NCBI GenBank assembly: GCA_964016885.1
Contig: OZ024745.1
Location: 78,802,001 to 78,866,000, forward strand
Reading direction: 5' to 3'
DNA: 64,000 bases
Source: Eledone cirrhosa
Lineage: Eukaryota
Shown here piece after piece: positions 1 to 11,822 of this stretch. The notes beneath the pieces were generated by a model. That model was not told where the DNA came from. It searched no databases and saw only the letters and a list, made by a program, of their open reading frames with translations. Positions within the stretch are counted from its first letter, which is position 1, and the number at the start of each line of letters is the position of its first letter. The translations under genes were made by a program, and so were the position numbers.

Positions 1-47
<47 letters not shown>

Positions 48-73
48 GTATGTATACAGTTATATATACGTGA

Positions 74-104
<31 letters not shown>
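1..104. repeat. (TA)n microsatellite
   Basis: Long TA dinucleotide run with a few interruptions; adjoins the next element. Confidence 0.95.
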
Positions 105-105
<1 letters not shown>

Positions 106-470
106 GGAAAAAATGAAACGAAATTTCATTTCCCACTCTTAGTACGGCTGTTACTTAAATATAAGTATGTATACGTACATACATATATGTATACAGACGT
201 ACAGTAGTATGTATATATATATACATACATGCACACATATATACATATACGTATGAATTCACCGAACATTTATTATAATGCTCGGTGTGTTTGTAAACAA
301 ACATCCCGTATTAAGCCGTACAGTCTCCAGCAACCATCATTGCTCATTTGTTCAACACTGACAAAAGAACGCTGTAGTACTAGTTTCAAGCTTATTAGCT
401 ATCGTCAGCAACGTATACCTTCCTGCCAGGTATGTTCGGTGAATCCATACGTACATGTATATATGTGTGC

Positions 471-478
<8 letters not shown>
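105..478 (-). mobile_element. Retrozyme-like non-autonomous element, ~420-nt family, copy 1 (partial, with short inverted tip at ~433-478)
   Basis: Reverse complement of the sequence at 2245-2728 and 60611-61365; no real ORF; carries an HHR; flanked by (TA)n. Confidence 0.75.
370..413 (-). ncRNA. Minimal type I hammerhead ribozyme with a 3-nt insertion near the cleavage site
   Basis: Minus strand reads CGTTG-CTGACGA-TAGCTAATAAGCTT-GAAA-CTAG-TA-cta-CAGCG. Confidence 0.7.
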
Positions 479-504
<26 letters not shown>

Positions 505-508
<4 letters not shown>

Positions 509-2236
509 ATAATAATAAAATTGAAGACTAAAATCCAAAGAGGGCTCGATAAGGAAAATATATATCAAATATATAAGAACCGTAGAGCAAATATTTATTA
601 AAATAACAGATTAAAGTTTAAGCAAAGAATCGCTGCTTTCACCCTTAACTAGGGTTAACCGCCAATAGTTTCAAGCAGCGTCTTTACATGCATACCCATT
701 CTTTTCGCTACCCTCTAAGAAGGAATATGACGTCACTTTCAGCTTATATCTGGAGTCTAAAAGACAACCATATATATATCAAATATATGTCAAATATATA
801 TATCAAATATATATCAAATATATAAGAACCGTAGAGCAAATATTTATTAAAATAACAGATTAAAGTTTAAGCAAAGAATCGCTGCTTTCACCCTTAACTA
901 GGGTTAACCGCCAATAGTTTCAAGCAGCGTCTTTACATGCATACCCATTCTTTTCGCTACCCTCTAAGAAGGAATATGACGTCACTTTCAACTTATATCT
1001 GGAGTCTAAAAGACAACCATACCCAATATAAGTTACACTGGGAGATCCTAGCTAGGGCTAGATCGTATAACGGAAATAAAAGACCATGTGACCTCTGCGC
1101 CGCTGAGGCCCTGGAAATACTCTACGCTACAGACCACATCTTAAACAAAAAATCTGAGGCAATTTCGGCTTGTAAACATAAATTGCACAAAACTTTCCTG
1201 TATTACAGCCCCACGTTATACCCTAACGGATAGCACGATCTATACGTGGATATTTTACGTCTTGATGTGGGAGCTAAGTATATGTTTTGTTTATTCCTTT
1301 ACTTATTTGCATAGGTAAGTATATATTACTCGTATGTTTTGTGAAGGTATGTATACCTTCTCGTACGTATATTTGACTGTTATAGCGTATAATGTTTACA
1401 TATTCCGGTATTTAGGGTTTGGCTATGTGTATACGGGAGTTTTGCGTCCGCGTGAGTGTGCAGGTTCGTACGTATGGTGGGTGTGTGTATATGTGTACTT
1501 CTTGTTTTAGTTGACTTACGTCTCCGAACATTCGTGTATTTATATGTAGGTATGCGTGTGCGCTTGTTATATACGTATTTATTTACTTATATACGTTTAT
1601 ATAATTATTTATTTATTTGTACACAAGCATACACACACACACATATTTATATGTGCGTGGTTCTGTATACCCATGGTAAGGTTTTGCGTATGCTTGTGTA
1701 TGTACGTATCTGTTTGCGTGTATGTATTTATTTGTTTCTATTACTTCTGTATTGCATTTATTTACTTTGTTCTTAACTCTGTAGCGGAGATTCATTTGGT
1801 CTCCTAGTTAGAATTTTAGTCTACGATTTCTGCTATACCATTTACGTGGTTTTGTCTTTGCGTGCTATTGTTCTCTACGCTCCACATATGACTTATTATC
1901 TTCGTTTTTTCGTTCATTGCCAGAGAACGTCTCTATGCACCACCTAAGAGAACATTAGTCTACGACCTCTTTTATACCATAAACGTGGTTTTGTCTTTGC
2001 GCGTAATTGTTTTTCACCGCTCCTATTAATGACGTATTATTCGTTTTTTCCCGTTCTTTGCCAGCGAACATTACCACGAACCAAAGTGTCGTCTTCCTGT
2101 CTTCCTCCGGTTGCAACGTTTTTTGAAATATCCAGTTCTGCGTTTACAGATTGACTTTGTTAGTTTCAGAAGATCCCGTTAAGGGTGAAAGCAGCGATTC
2201 TTTGCTTAAACTTTAATCTATTATTTTAATAAATAT
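505..2236 (+). mobile_element. 5'-truncated Penelope-like element: C-terminal GIY-YIG part, 3' UTR, and inverted pseudo-LTR tip at the 5' end
   Basis: ORF 937-1233 reads HTHSF...TSLSTYIWSLK...WEIL...CDLCAAE...LNKKSE...CKHK, homologous to the end of 13271-13942. 594-649 is the reverse complement of ~2178-2236. Local ~248-bp tandem duplication (~560-770 / ~808-1020). (TA)n on both sides. Confidence 0.85.
2162..2212 (+). ncRNA. Degenerate hammerhead ribozyme (CAGAAGA core) at the PLE 3' end
   Basis: AGTTT-CAGAAGA-tCCCgttaaGGGt-GAAA-GCAG...TTGC-TT-AAACT. All three stems pair, but core U4 is A. Confidence 0.55.
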
Positions 2237-2244
2237 ATATATAT

Positions 2245-2722
2245 ATATACATACTACTGTACGTCTGTATACATATATGTATGTACGTATACATACTTAT
2301 ATTTAAGTACCAGCCGTACTAAGAGTGGGAAACGAAATTTCGTTTCATTTTTTCCCTTTATCATTTTCGGTACCCCGGCCGATTAACCCACTCGATATGC
2401 AAATTAGGCTGCTCAGCCGTTAATATGCATAAGGAAAGTATATACTTTCAGACGTTCAATCATCAGGAAGGTATACGTTGCTGACGATAGCTAATAAGCT
2501 TGAAACTAGTACAGCGTTCCTTTGTCAGTGTTGAACAAATGAGCAACGATGGCTGCTGGACACTGTACGGCTTAATACGGGATGTTTGTTTACAAACACA
2601 ACGAGCATTATAATAAATGTTCGGTGAATTCATACGTACATGTATATATGTGTGCATGTATGTATATATATATATACATACTACTGTACGTCTGTATACA
2701 TATATGTATGTACGTATACATA

Positions 2723-2728
<6 letters not shown>
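2245..2728 (+). mobile_element. Retrozyme-like element, ~420-nt family, copy 2 (~1.1 units, terminal direct repeat)
   Basis: ATACTACTGTACGTCTGTATACATATATGTATGTACGTATACATACTTAT occurs at 2251 and 2678 (period 427). HHR at 2476-2516. (TA)n on both sides. Confidence 0.8.
2476..2516 (+). ncRNA. Minimal type I hammerhead ribozyme
   Basis: Stem I CGTTG/CAGCG, core CTGACGA, stem II AGCT-aata-AGCT, GAAA, palindromic stem III CTAG, GUA triplet (predicted cut after 2511). Confidence 0.85.
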
Positions 2729-2777
<49 letters not shown>

Positions 2778-2780
<3 letters not shown>

Positions 2781-2990
2781 CCGGCTGTGGGACTTTATGT
2801 CCTATGTAAGGGAAAATACTTTCTGAGGAGCCGAACTTTCCATTGGAAGTCCCTCGGATTTCCAATCTTTTGTGAGGCGAAACCGTCGGTAAAAGCAATA
2901 TGGATAGGCAAATATTTAAATTATATTTTTTGAATTTATTTTGAAAGATTGTTTGAATTTTACTTGTTCTGCTTATCTCAATATTATATT
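2778..2990 (+). mobile_element. Short non-coding HHR-bearing insertion (solo pseudo-LTR or retrozyme monomer) in (TA)n
   Basis: ~210 bp of complex sequence between two (TA)n runs, containing the HHR at 2819-2895. Confidence 0.6.
2819..2895 (+). ncRNA. Type I hammerhead ribozyme with enlarged stem II
   Basis: CTTT-CTGAGGA-GCC-(43 nt)-GGC-GAAA-CCGTCGG-TA-AAAG. Core is canonical. Confidence 0.8.
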
Positions 2991-3105
<115 letters not shown>

Positions 3106-3534
3106 CCCTCTCTCTCGATCTATCTCTCCACACGCACATTCACTGTTACCCCACGAGGTATTGAATGTGCTTTTTCTTTGACACCTGTATATGTGTGTGT
3201 GCACGCGTGCGTGTCTGTGTGCATGCGAGAGTATTATTTTTAGAAGAGGCTGAAAAAAGATATATTTTTTTTACTAAATCCATGAATATGATGTTCCGGG
3301 TGAACTAGATTTTTATCTCAGTCAACTAAGAAATCTTTAAAGAATAACGAGTCCTGTTATGTATGTTTATAGTTGGCGTTAACAATGCAACAATAATAAA
3401 GGCCAATTAACAAAAGATTTATAGACAAATTTCATTAGTGATGCTAATAACTGGCTCTCTGGTACATGTATGTGTGTGTGTGTGTATACACATATATATA
3501 TACACACACAAATATATCACACATACACGCACTC

Positions 3535-3615
<81 letters not shown>

Positions 3616-4849
3616 TATATACATATATATTTATATGTATATTGTCTACGCGAAATTCCGGTTTTCATAAATGATCGCTAATACATGCATGCATACATAC
3701 ATACATACATACATACATACATACATACATACATACATACATACATACATACATACATACATACATACATACATACATGGTGGCTGCCAACTCGTTTTCG
3801 AGTACGGCCACTACTTTATATCCATGTAGGAGAACCCCTACCGATGCGCTGAACGAGTGTGACTTTTTAGTCCAGCCAGCGACTTGAAAACTCTGGTACA
3901 AACACTACACTTGTGACAATTATTGACACATAGTGCTGGGCCCATTGTACCATGTGACGACAAGTGCAGAGAGATCTCCAGATATAAAGCAATGCTTGTG
4001 CCGTTAAGCTTTTATAGTGAGCAAGGGCACTGCACAAAGCCAGTCCCACTCTCTTAACCAAGATGATATTTACCAAAAAGAAGAACAAGTCAACATCATT
4101 GGATACCATCAGAGTTGCAGGTGTTATATCAAAGTTTTCCTTCTCCTAGAATTCTGCCTTGACAAAAGCTAAGGGGTCATCTCTCCCGGTGATTTTGGAT
4201 GGCCATTGACTCTTAAGAGCTCCTTTGCCCTTTCACAGGTTTTGTTTTTAGACCTGCAGGATGTCCAAAGTCACCCTCCTCACCAATAAACCTTGGTGGG
4301 GTTGCCAGTTTAGTCGCCAACGACCCGACCATGAGACAGGTACATACATACATACATACATACATACATACATACATACATACATACATACATACATACA
4401 TACATACATACATACATACATACATACATACATACATACAAGATGGCTGCAACTTAATTTCAAGTAATGCCATCGCTTGATACTTAAGCATGAGCATCAT
4501 GGGCGTGGATTTTTAGTCCTGCTAGGGTCTTGCCTATGGGCAGCAATACAATGCATCGCAAAAAATGTTACATATCAAGCGATACCTGTCCTTGAAGCTT
4601 TTTTAAGTGAGAAAATGCTCCGCATGCATCTAATCCCATACTCTGAACATCGAATGCATTTTCCCCAAAAGAAGAACTGGACAACATCATTGGATGCAGG
4701 TTTTATATCTGAGTGACCTTCTACTAGAGAGATGTCATAATGAAGACTAGGAGTCTCTCTCTCTAAAAAAAACTTTATTGGATAGCCATTGACTCTCCTG
4801 AGTTCCTCCGCCAAGTTCATAAATGGGATGAAGAAAAATCTTGACCAAA

Positions 4850-5575
4850 GGATATAGGAATGGAGTTTGGCCTGGATAAATGATCATATATGATTGTAAA
4901 GTAGGGAAAAAATAAGAGCCAAGCTAGCAACATATTTATCAATGGCCTAACTGTTTCACCGTTATCTGGCAAGACTGCTACAGATACCTAGGGATAGATG
5001 AAAATATATCCTATGATAGTATCTGTAACAAGGAACGCGTAACCAGAGAATATTACACCAGATTAAGAAAAAATATGGTTATCTGAAATCTCTGCGCACA
5101 ATAGTGGCTCATAATGTGTTTGCTGTGCCTGTCCTAACACCAAAGTTTGGAATACTCAATTGGACGATAGACGAAATCCGAGCAATTGATGTTAAAACCC
5201 GAAAAATCCTTAACAACACCGGAAATTTCCACATCAACAGTGACATAGACCGCCTCTACTTAAAATGTAAGCAGGGAGGCAGAGGCCTAACATCAGTCCA
5301 GAAAGCATTTAAGTGTCGCATCATATCCTTCCGACAACATTTACGAACCTCCAAACGTAGGAGTCCATCTATTGAGCAAATCTGTCAACATAAGACAGAT
5401 AAAATCATGAATGATAATCAAAAACTCACACTCAGGGAAATTGCCCAGCAATACATCAGTAAATCCATGGATGAAAAACTGCATGCTTATCAGCAAAAAT
5501 CATGCATGGGTATGTTGCCAGGAAGCTCCAGAGTGAGATTAATATAGATAAGCAAAGTAGTCTATCATGGACCTA
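4850..5575 (+). pseudogene. Decayed RT fragment of an R4/Dong-like (RLE) non-LTR retrotransposon
   Basis: IGMEFGLDK and YRYLG, then ORF 5104-5547 AHNVFAVPVLT...DVKTRKIL...DIDRLYL...GGRGL, typical of the R4-clade RT C-terminus. Stops and frameshifts present. Confidence 0.7.
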
Positions 5576-5728
5576 CATGTACAGATACAAGGCATATGCA
5601 CATACACACATATAACTCAAAACATACACATCCACACATACAATAACATCCGTACCTGCACACACATGCATGCATGCCGACATGCATACATATCTACCTA
5701 GTGATGTTTAAATTCCAATGAAAGAGTC

Positions 5729-5761
<33 letters not shown>

Positions 5762-6191
5762 CCTCTATTGGTAAAAATTTATAAAATCATAAAACCAGAA
5801 CATACATGCATACATAAATACATAGATATATCCGTACATATTGTGAAAACTGAGAGCTTTCTTAGACACTGACAAATGGCTCAATAACCTTTTGATTTAA
5901 TACACCTGGAAAAAGATTTTTTTTTTTTTACTAAATCCATGAATATGATGTTCCGGGTGAACTAGATTTTTATCTCAGTCAACTAAGAAATCTTTAAAGA
6001 ATAACGAGTCCTGTTATGTATGTTTATAGTTGGCGTTAACAATGCGACAATAATAAAGGCCAATTAACAAAAGATTTATAGACAAATTTCATTAGTGATG
6101 CTAATAACTGGCTCTCTGGTACATGTATGTGTGTGTGTGTGTATACACATATATATATACACACACAAATATATCACACATACACGCACTC

Positions 6192-6290
<99 letters not shown>

Positions 6291-7512
6291 TATATACATA
6301 TATATTTATATGTATATTGTCTACGCGAAATTCCGGTTTTCATAAATGATCGCTAATACATGCATGCATACATACATACATACATACATACATACATACA
6401 TACATACATACATACATACATACATACATACATGGTGGCTGCCAACTCGTTTTCGAGTACGGCCACTACTTTATATCCATGTAGGAGAACCCCTACCGAT
6501 GCGCTGAACGAGTGTGACTTTTTAGTCCAGCCAGCGACTTGAAAACTCTGGTACAAACACTACACTTGTGACAATTATTGACACATAGTGCTGGGCCCAT
6601 TGTACCATGTGACGACAAGTGCAGAGAGATCTCCAGATATAAAGCAATGCTTGTGCCGTTAAGCTTTTATAGTGAGCAAGGGCACTGCACAAAGCCAGTC
6701 CCACTCTCTTAACCAAGATGATATTTACCAAAAAGAAGAACAAGTCAACATCATTGGATACCATCAGAGTTGCAGGTGTTATATCAAAGTTTTCCTTCTC
6801 CTAGAATTCTGCCTTGACAAAAGCTAAGGGGTCATCTCTCCCGGTGATTTTGGATGGCCATTGACTCTTAAGAGCTCCTTTGCCCTTTCACAGGTTTTGT
6901 TTTTAGACCTGCAGGATGTCCAAAGTCACCCTCCTCACCAATAAACCTTGGTGGGGTTGCCAGTTTAGTCGCCAACGACCCGACCATGAGACAGGTACAT
7001 ACATACATACATACATACATACATACATACATACATACATACATACATACATACATACATACATACATACATACATACATACATACATACATACATACAT
7101 ACAAGATGGCTGCAACTTAATTTCAAGTAATGCCATCGCTTGATACTTAAGCATGAGCATCATGGGCGTGGATTTTTAGTCCTGCTAGGGTCTTGCCTAT
7201 GGGCAGCAATACAATGCATCGCAAAAAATGTTACATATCAAGCGATACCTGTCCTTGAAGCTTTTTTAAGTGAGAAAATGCTCCGCATGCATCTAATCCC
7301 ATACTCTGAACATCGAATGCATTTTCCCCAAAAGAAGAACTGGACAACATCATTGGATGCAGGTTTTATATCTGAGTGACCTTCTACTAGAGAGATGTCA
7401 TAATGAAGACTAGGAGTCTCTCTCTCTAAAAAAAACTTTATTGGATAGCCGTTGACTCTCCTGAGTTCCTCCGCCAAGTTCATAAATGGGATGAAGAAAA
7501 ATCTTGACCAAA

Positions 7513-8238
7513 GGATATAGGAATGGAGTTTGGCCTGGATAAATGATCATATATGATTGTAAAGTAGGGAAAAAATAAGAGCTAAGCTAGCAACATATTT
7601 ATCAATGGCCTAACTGTTTCACCGTTATCTGGCAAGACTGCTACAGATACCTAGGGATAGATGAAAATATATCCTATGATAGTATCTGTAACAAGGAACG
7701 CGTAACCAGAGAATATTACACCAGATTAAGAAAAAATATGGTTATCTGAAATCTCTGCGCACAATAGTGGCTCATAATGTGTTTGCTGTGCCTGTCCTAA
7801 CACCAAAGTTTGGAATACTCAATTGGACGATAGACGAAATCCGAGCAATTGATGTTAAAACCCGAAAAATCCTTAACAACACCGGAAATTTCCACATCAA
7901 CAGTGACATAGACCGCCTCTACTTAAAATGTAAGCAGGGAGGCAGAGGCCTAACATCAGTCCAGAAAGCATTTAAGTGTCGCATCATATCCTTCCGACAA
8001 CATTTACGAACCTCCAAACGTAGGAGTCCATCTATTGAGCAAATCTGTCAACATAAGACAGATAAAATCATGAATGATAATCAAAAACTCACACTCAGGG
8101 AAATTGCCCAGCAATACATCAGTAAATCCATGGATGAAAAACTGCATGCTTATCAGCAAAAATCATGCATGGGTATGTTGCCAGGAAGCTCCAGAGTGAG
8201 ATTAATATAGATAAGCAAAGTAGTCTATCATGGACCTA
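7513..8238 (+). pseudogene. Second, duplicated copy of the R4/Dong-like RT fragment
   Basis: ORF 7767-8210 is identical to 5104-5547. Confidence 0.7.
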
Positions 8239-8391
8239 CATGTACAGATACAAGGCATATGCACATGCACACATATAACTCAAAACATACACATCCACAC
8301 ATACAATAACATCCGTACCTGCACACACATGCATGCATGCCGACATGCATACATATCTACCTAGTGATGTTTAAATTCCAATGAAAGAGTC

Positions 8392-8454
<63 letters not shown>

Positions 8455-8884
8455 TATTGGTAAAAATTTATAAAATCATAAAACCAGAACATACATGCAT
8501 ACATACATAAATACATAGATATATCCGTACATATTGTGAAAACTGAGAGCTTTCTTAGACACTGACAAATGGCTCAATAACCTTTTGATTTAATACACCT
8601 GGAAAAAGATTTTTTTTTTTTTACTAAATCCATGAATATGATGTTCCGGGTGAACTAGATTTTTATCTCAGTCAACTAAGAAATCTTTAAAGAATAACGA
8701 GTACTGTTATGTATGTTTATAGTTGGCGTTAACAATGCGACAATAATAAAGGCCAATTAACAAAAGATTTATAGACAAATTTCATTAGTGATGCTAATAA
8801 CTGGCTCTCTGGTACATGTATGTGTGTGTGTGTGTATACACATATATATATACACACACAAATATATCACACATACACGCACTC

Positions 8885-8967
<83 letters not shown>

Positions 8968-10051
8968 TATATACATATATATTTATATGTATATTGTCTA
9001 CGCGAAATTCCGGTTTTCATAAATGATCGCTAATACATGCATGCATACATACATACATACATACATACATACATACATACATACATACATACATACATAC
9101 ATACATACATACATACATGGTGGCTGCCAACTCGTTTTCGAGTACGGCCACTACTTTATATCCATGTAGGAGAACCCCTACCGATGCGCTGAACGAGTGT
9201 GACTTTTTAGTCCAGCCAGCGACTTGAAAACTCTGGTACAAACACTACACTTGTGACAATTATTGACACATAGTGCTGGGCCCATTGTACCATGTGACGA
9301 CAAGTGCAGAGAGATCTCCAGATATAAAGCAATGCTTGTGCCGTTAAGCTTTTATAGTGAGCAAGGGCACTGCACAAAGCCAGTCCCACTCTCTTAACCA
9401 AGATGATATTTACCAAAAAGAAGAACAAGTCAACATCATTGGATACCATCAGAGTTGCAGGTGTTATATCAAAGTTTTCCTTCTCCTAGAATTCTGCCTT
9501 GACAAAAGCTAAGGGGTCATCTCTCCCGGTGATTTTGGATGGCCATTGACTCTTAAGAGCTCCTTTGCCCTTTCACAGGTTTTGTTTTTAGACCTGCAGG
9601 ATGTCCAAAGTCACCCTCCTCACCAATAAACCTTGGTGGGGTTGCCAGTTTAGTCGCCAACGACCCGACCATGAGACAGGTACATACATACATACATACA
9701 TACATACATACATACATACATACATACATACATACATACATACATACATACATACAAGATGGCTGCAACTTAATTTCAAGTAATGCCATCGCTTGATACT
9801 TAAGCATGAGCATCATGGGCGTGGATTTTTAGTCCTGCTAGGGTCTTGCCTATGGGCAGCAATACAATGCATCGCAAAAAATGTTACATATCAAGCGATA
9901 CCTGTCCTTGAAGCTAACGAGTCCTGTGATGTATGTTTATAGTTGGCGTTAACAATGCGACAATAATAAAGGTCAATTAACAAAAGATTTATTAGACAAA
10001 TTTCATTAGTGATGCTAATAACTGGCCGTCTGGTACATGTATGTGTGGTGT

Positions 10052-10227
<176 letters not shown>

Positions 10228-10436
10228 TAGGTTATGCAAGAAATGCTTAGGATTATCCTGAATGCAGTAATGGTTAATTACTACACTAGATAGAGTCAAC
10301 GTACGGTGAGGGGTTATTCAACGAGTTATGAAACTAGTTAAAGAAACTCGGTTTCCGATTCTTCTTAAATCCGGAGTGTAGATAAAGAATGAATAATAAA
10401 ACAGGTAGACATCATAAAAAGGTAATTTATTCCGAG

Positions 10437-10534
10437 TGCTTACAAATGTTTCTACAGTAGTTACACAGCCTAGTCATGCTATGTGCAAATTGGTATTTAT
10501 TTATTTGCAGATATTCTACCGTGTCTTCAGAGCA
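10437..10534 (-). ncRNA. Hammerhead ribozyme with very long stem II insertion
   Basis: Minus strand reads TGCT-CTGAAGA-cACGGTAG...CTACTGTa-GAAA-CATTTG-TA-AGCA. Confidence 0.7.
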
Positions 10535-10620
10535 AATGGCTAAAGTGTAAATTCCCTAGTATTTCTTAAAGGGAGTTATTGGGGAAGATAGAGTAGAAAA
10601 GGAAGAGAGAAAGAATGGGA

Positions 10621-10684
<64 letters not shown>

Positions 10685-10893
10685 TAGGGGTCGGAGAAAT
10701 GGGAGAGAGTGGTTTGAAGAATACAGATAGCTTAATCTAAATGTTGTGATAGGGGTCCAACAAGTGGTTTTATTATACTGCTTACTCTCAAAGTGACAAC
10801 TTAGGCATTGTGTTGATATTGTCAAGTTTGGAATTATTTATTGCCACAGAGCAGGTTGATAGATGTGGAGAAGGAGGGAGATAGACAGAGGGC

Positions 10894-10956
<63 letters not shown>

Positions 10957-11074
10957 AGAGAAGGAGAGCGAGGAGGGACAGAAAAAAGCTAAGCGAAGGG
11001 GAAGGAAAGGCGGTATACACCGAGTTCGTAGTTGTAGTTTGCTGATCGCACCTAAGTATCCATTTATACCCCTA

Positions 11075-11156
<82 letters not shown>

Positions 11157-11250
11157 TCCAACTCTCCCCTTCTTTCTCTCTTCCTTTTCTACTCTATCTT
11201 CCTCAATAACTCCCTTTAAGAAATACAAGGGAATTTACACTTTAGCCATT

Positions 11251-11367
11251 TGCTCTGGAGACACGGTAGGATAAACAGCATTTGAAAATTGAATATCTGC
11301 AAATAAATAACTACCAATTTTCATATAGCATGACTAGGCTGTGTAACTGTAGAAACATTTGTAAGCA
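11251..11367 (+). ncRNA. Mutated copy of the same hammerhead (CTGGAGA core)
   Basis: TGCT-CTGGAGA-cACGGT...ACTGTa-GAAA-CATTTG-TA-AGCA. The A6-to-G change is probably inactivating. Confidence 0.5.
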
Positions 11368-11424
11368 CTCGGAATAAATTACCTTTTTATGGTATCTACC
11401 TGTTTTATTGTTTTATTATTCATT

Positions 11425-11482
<58 letters not shown>

Positions 11483-11822
11483 AAGTTTTATTTAAAATTG
11501 TTGGGTTACAACAAGTAAATATTTTATAACTGATATAAACCACTCGACAATTTTTTGGAGTAGATATACGATATTAAACAAAGGGAAACTATATTTAGTA
11601 TCTCTCTAGATATAGCTCTTTCTTCTCCTCTCTCTTTATATATGATGAAGTTTATGTATCTGTCGTTTTGACTCTGCCTCTCATGTTTCTCTCTTATTTC
11701 TCTCTTGATTTTCACCTCCCTCTATATAATTATTATTATTTTTTCTCCCTCTTTCTTTTCCTCCCACCTCTCTCTCTGTTTTCTCTTCATCTCCTTTTTT
11801 TCTTTCTCTCCGTCTCTTCTCT

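Larger units (their letters stand above)
3265..9914. repeat. Tandem segmental duplication, ~2.66-2.69-kb unit, ~2.5 copies
   Basis: TTTACTAAATCCATGAATATGATG recurs at ~3270, ~5927 and ~8620. Identical ORFs at 5104/7767 and 3867/6522/9207. Copies differ mainly in microsatellite length. Confidence 0.95.
10381..11430. mobile_element. Inverted pair of HHR-bearing pseudo-LTR-like sequences with internal (GA)n/(TC)n
   Basis: ~10381-10690 is the imperfect reverse complement of ~11070-11430. Each arm carries an HHR. The right end abuts (TA)n. Confidence 0.7.

Noticed and set aside
229-531. 100-aa ORF repeated at 2463-2657
   Set aside because: It is an antisense reading of the non-coding HHR element, with no domain features, and runs into microsatellite.
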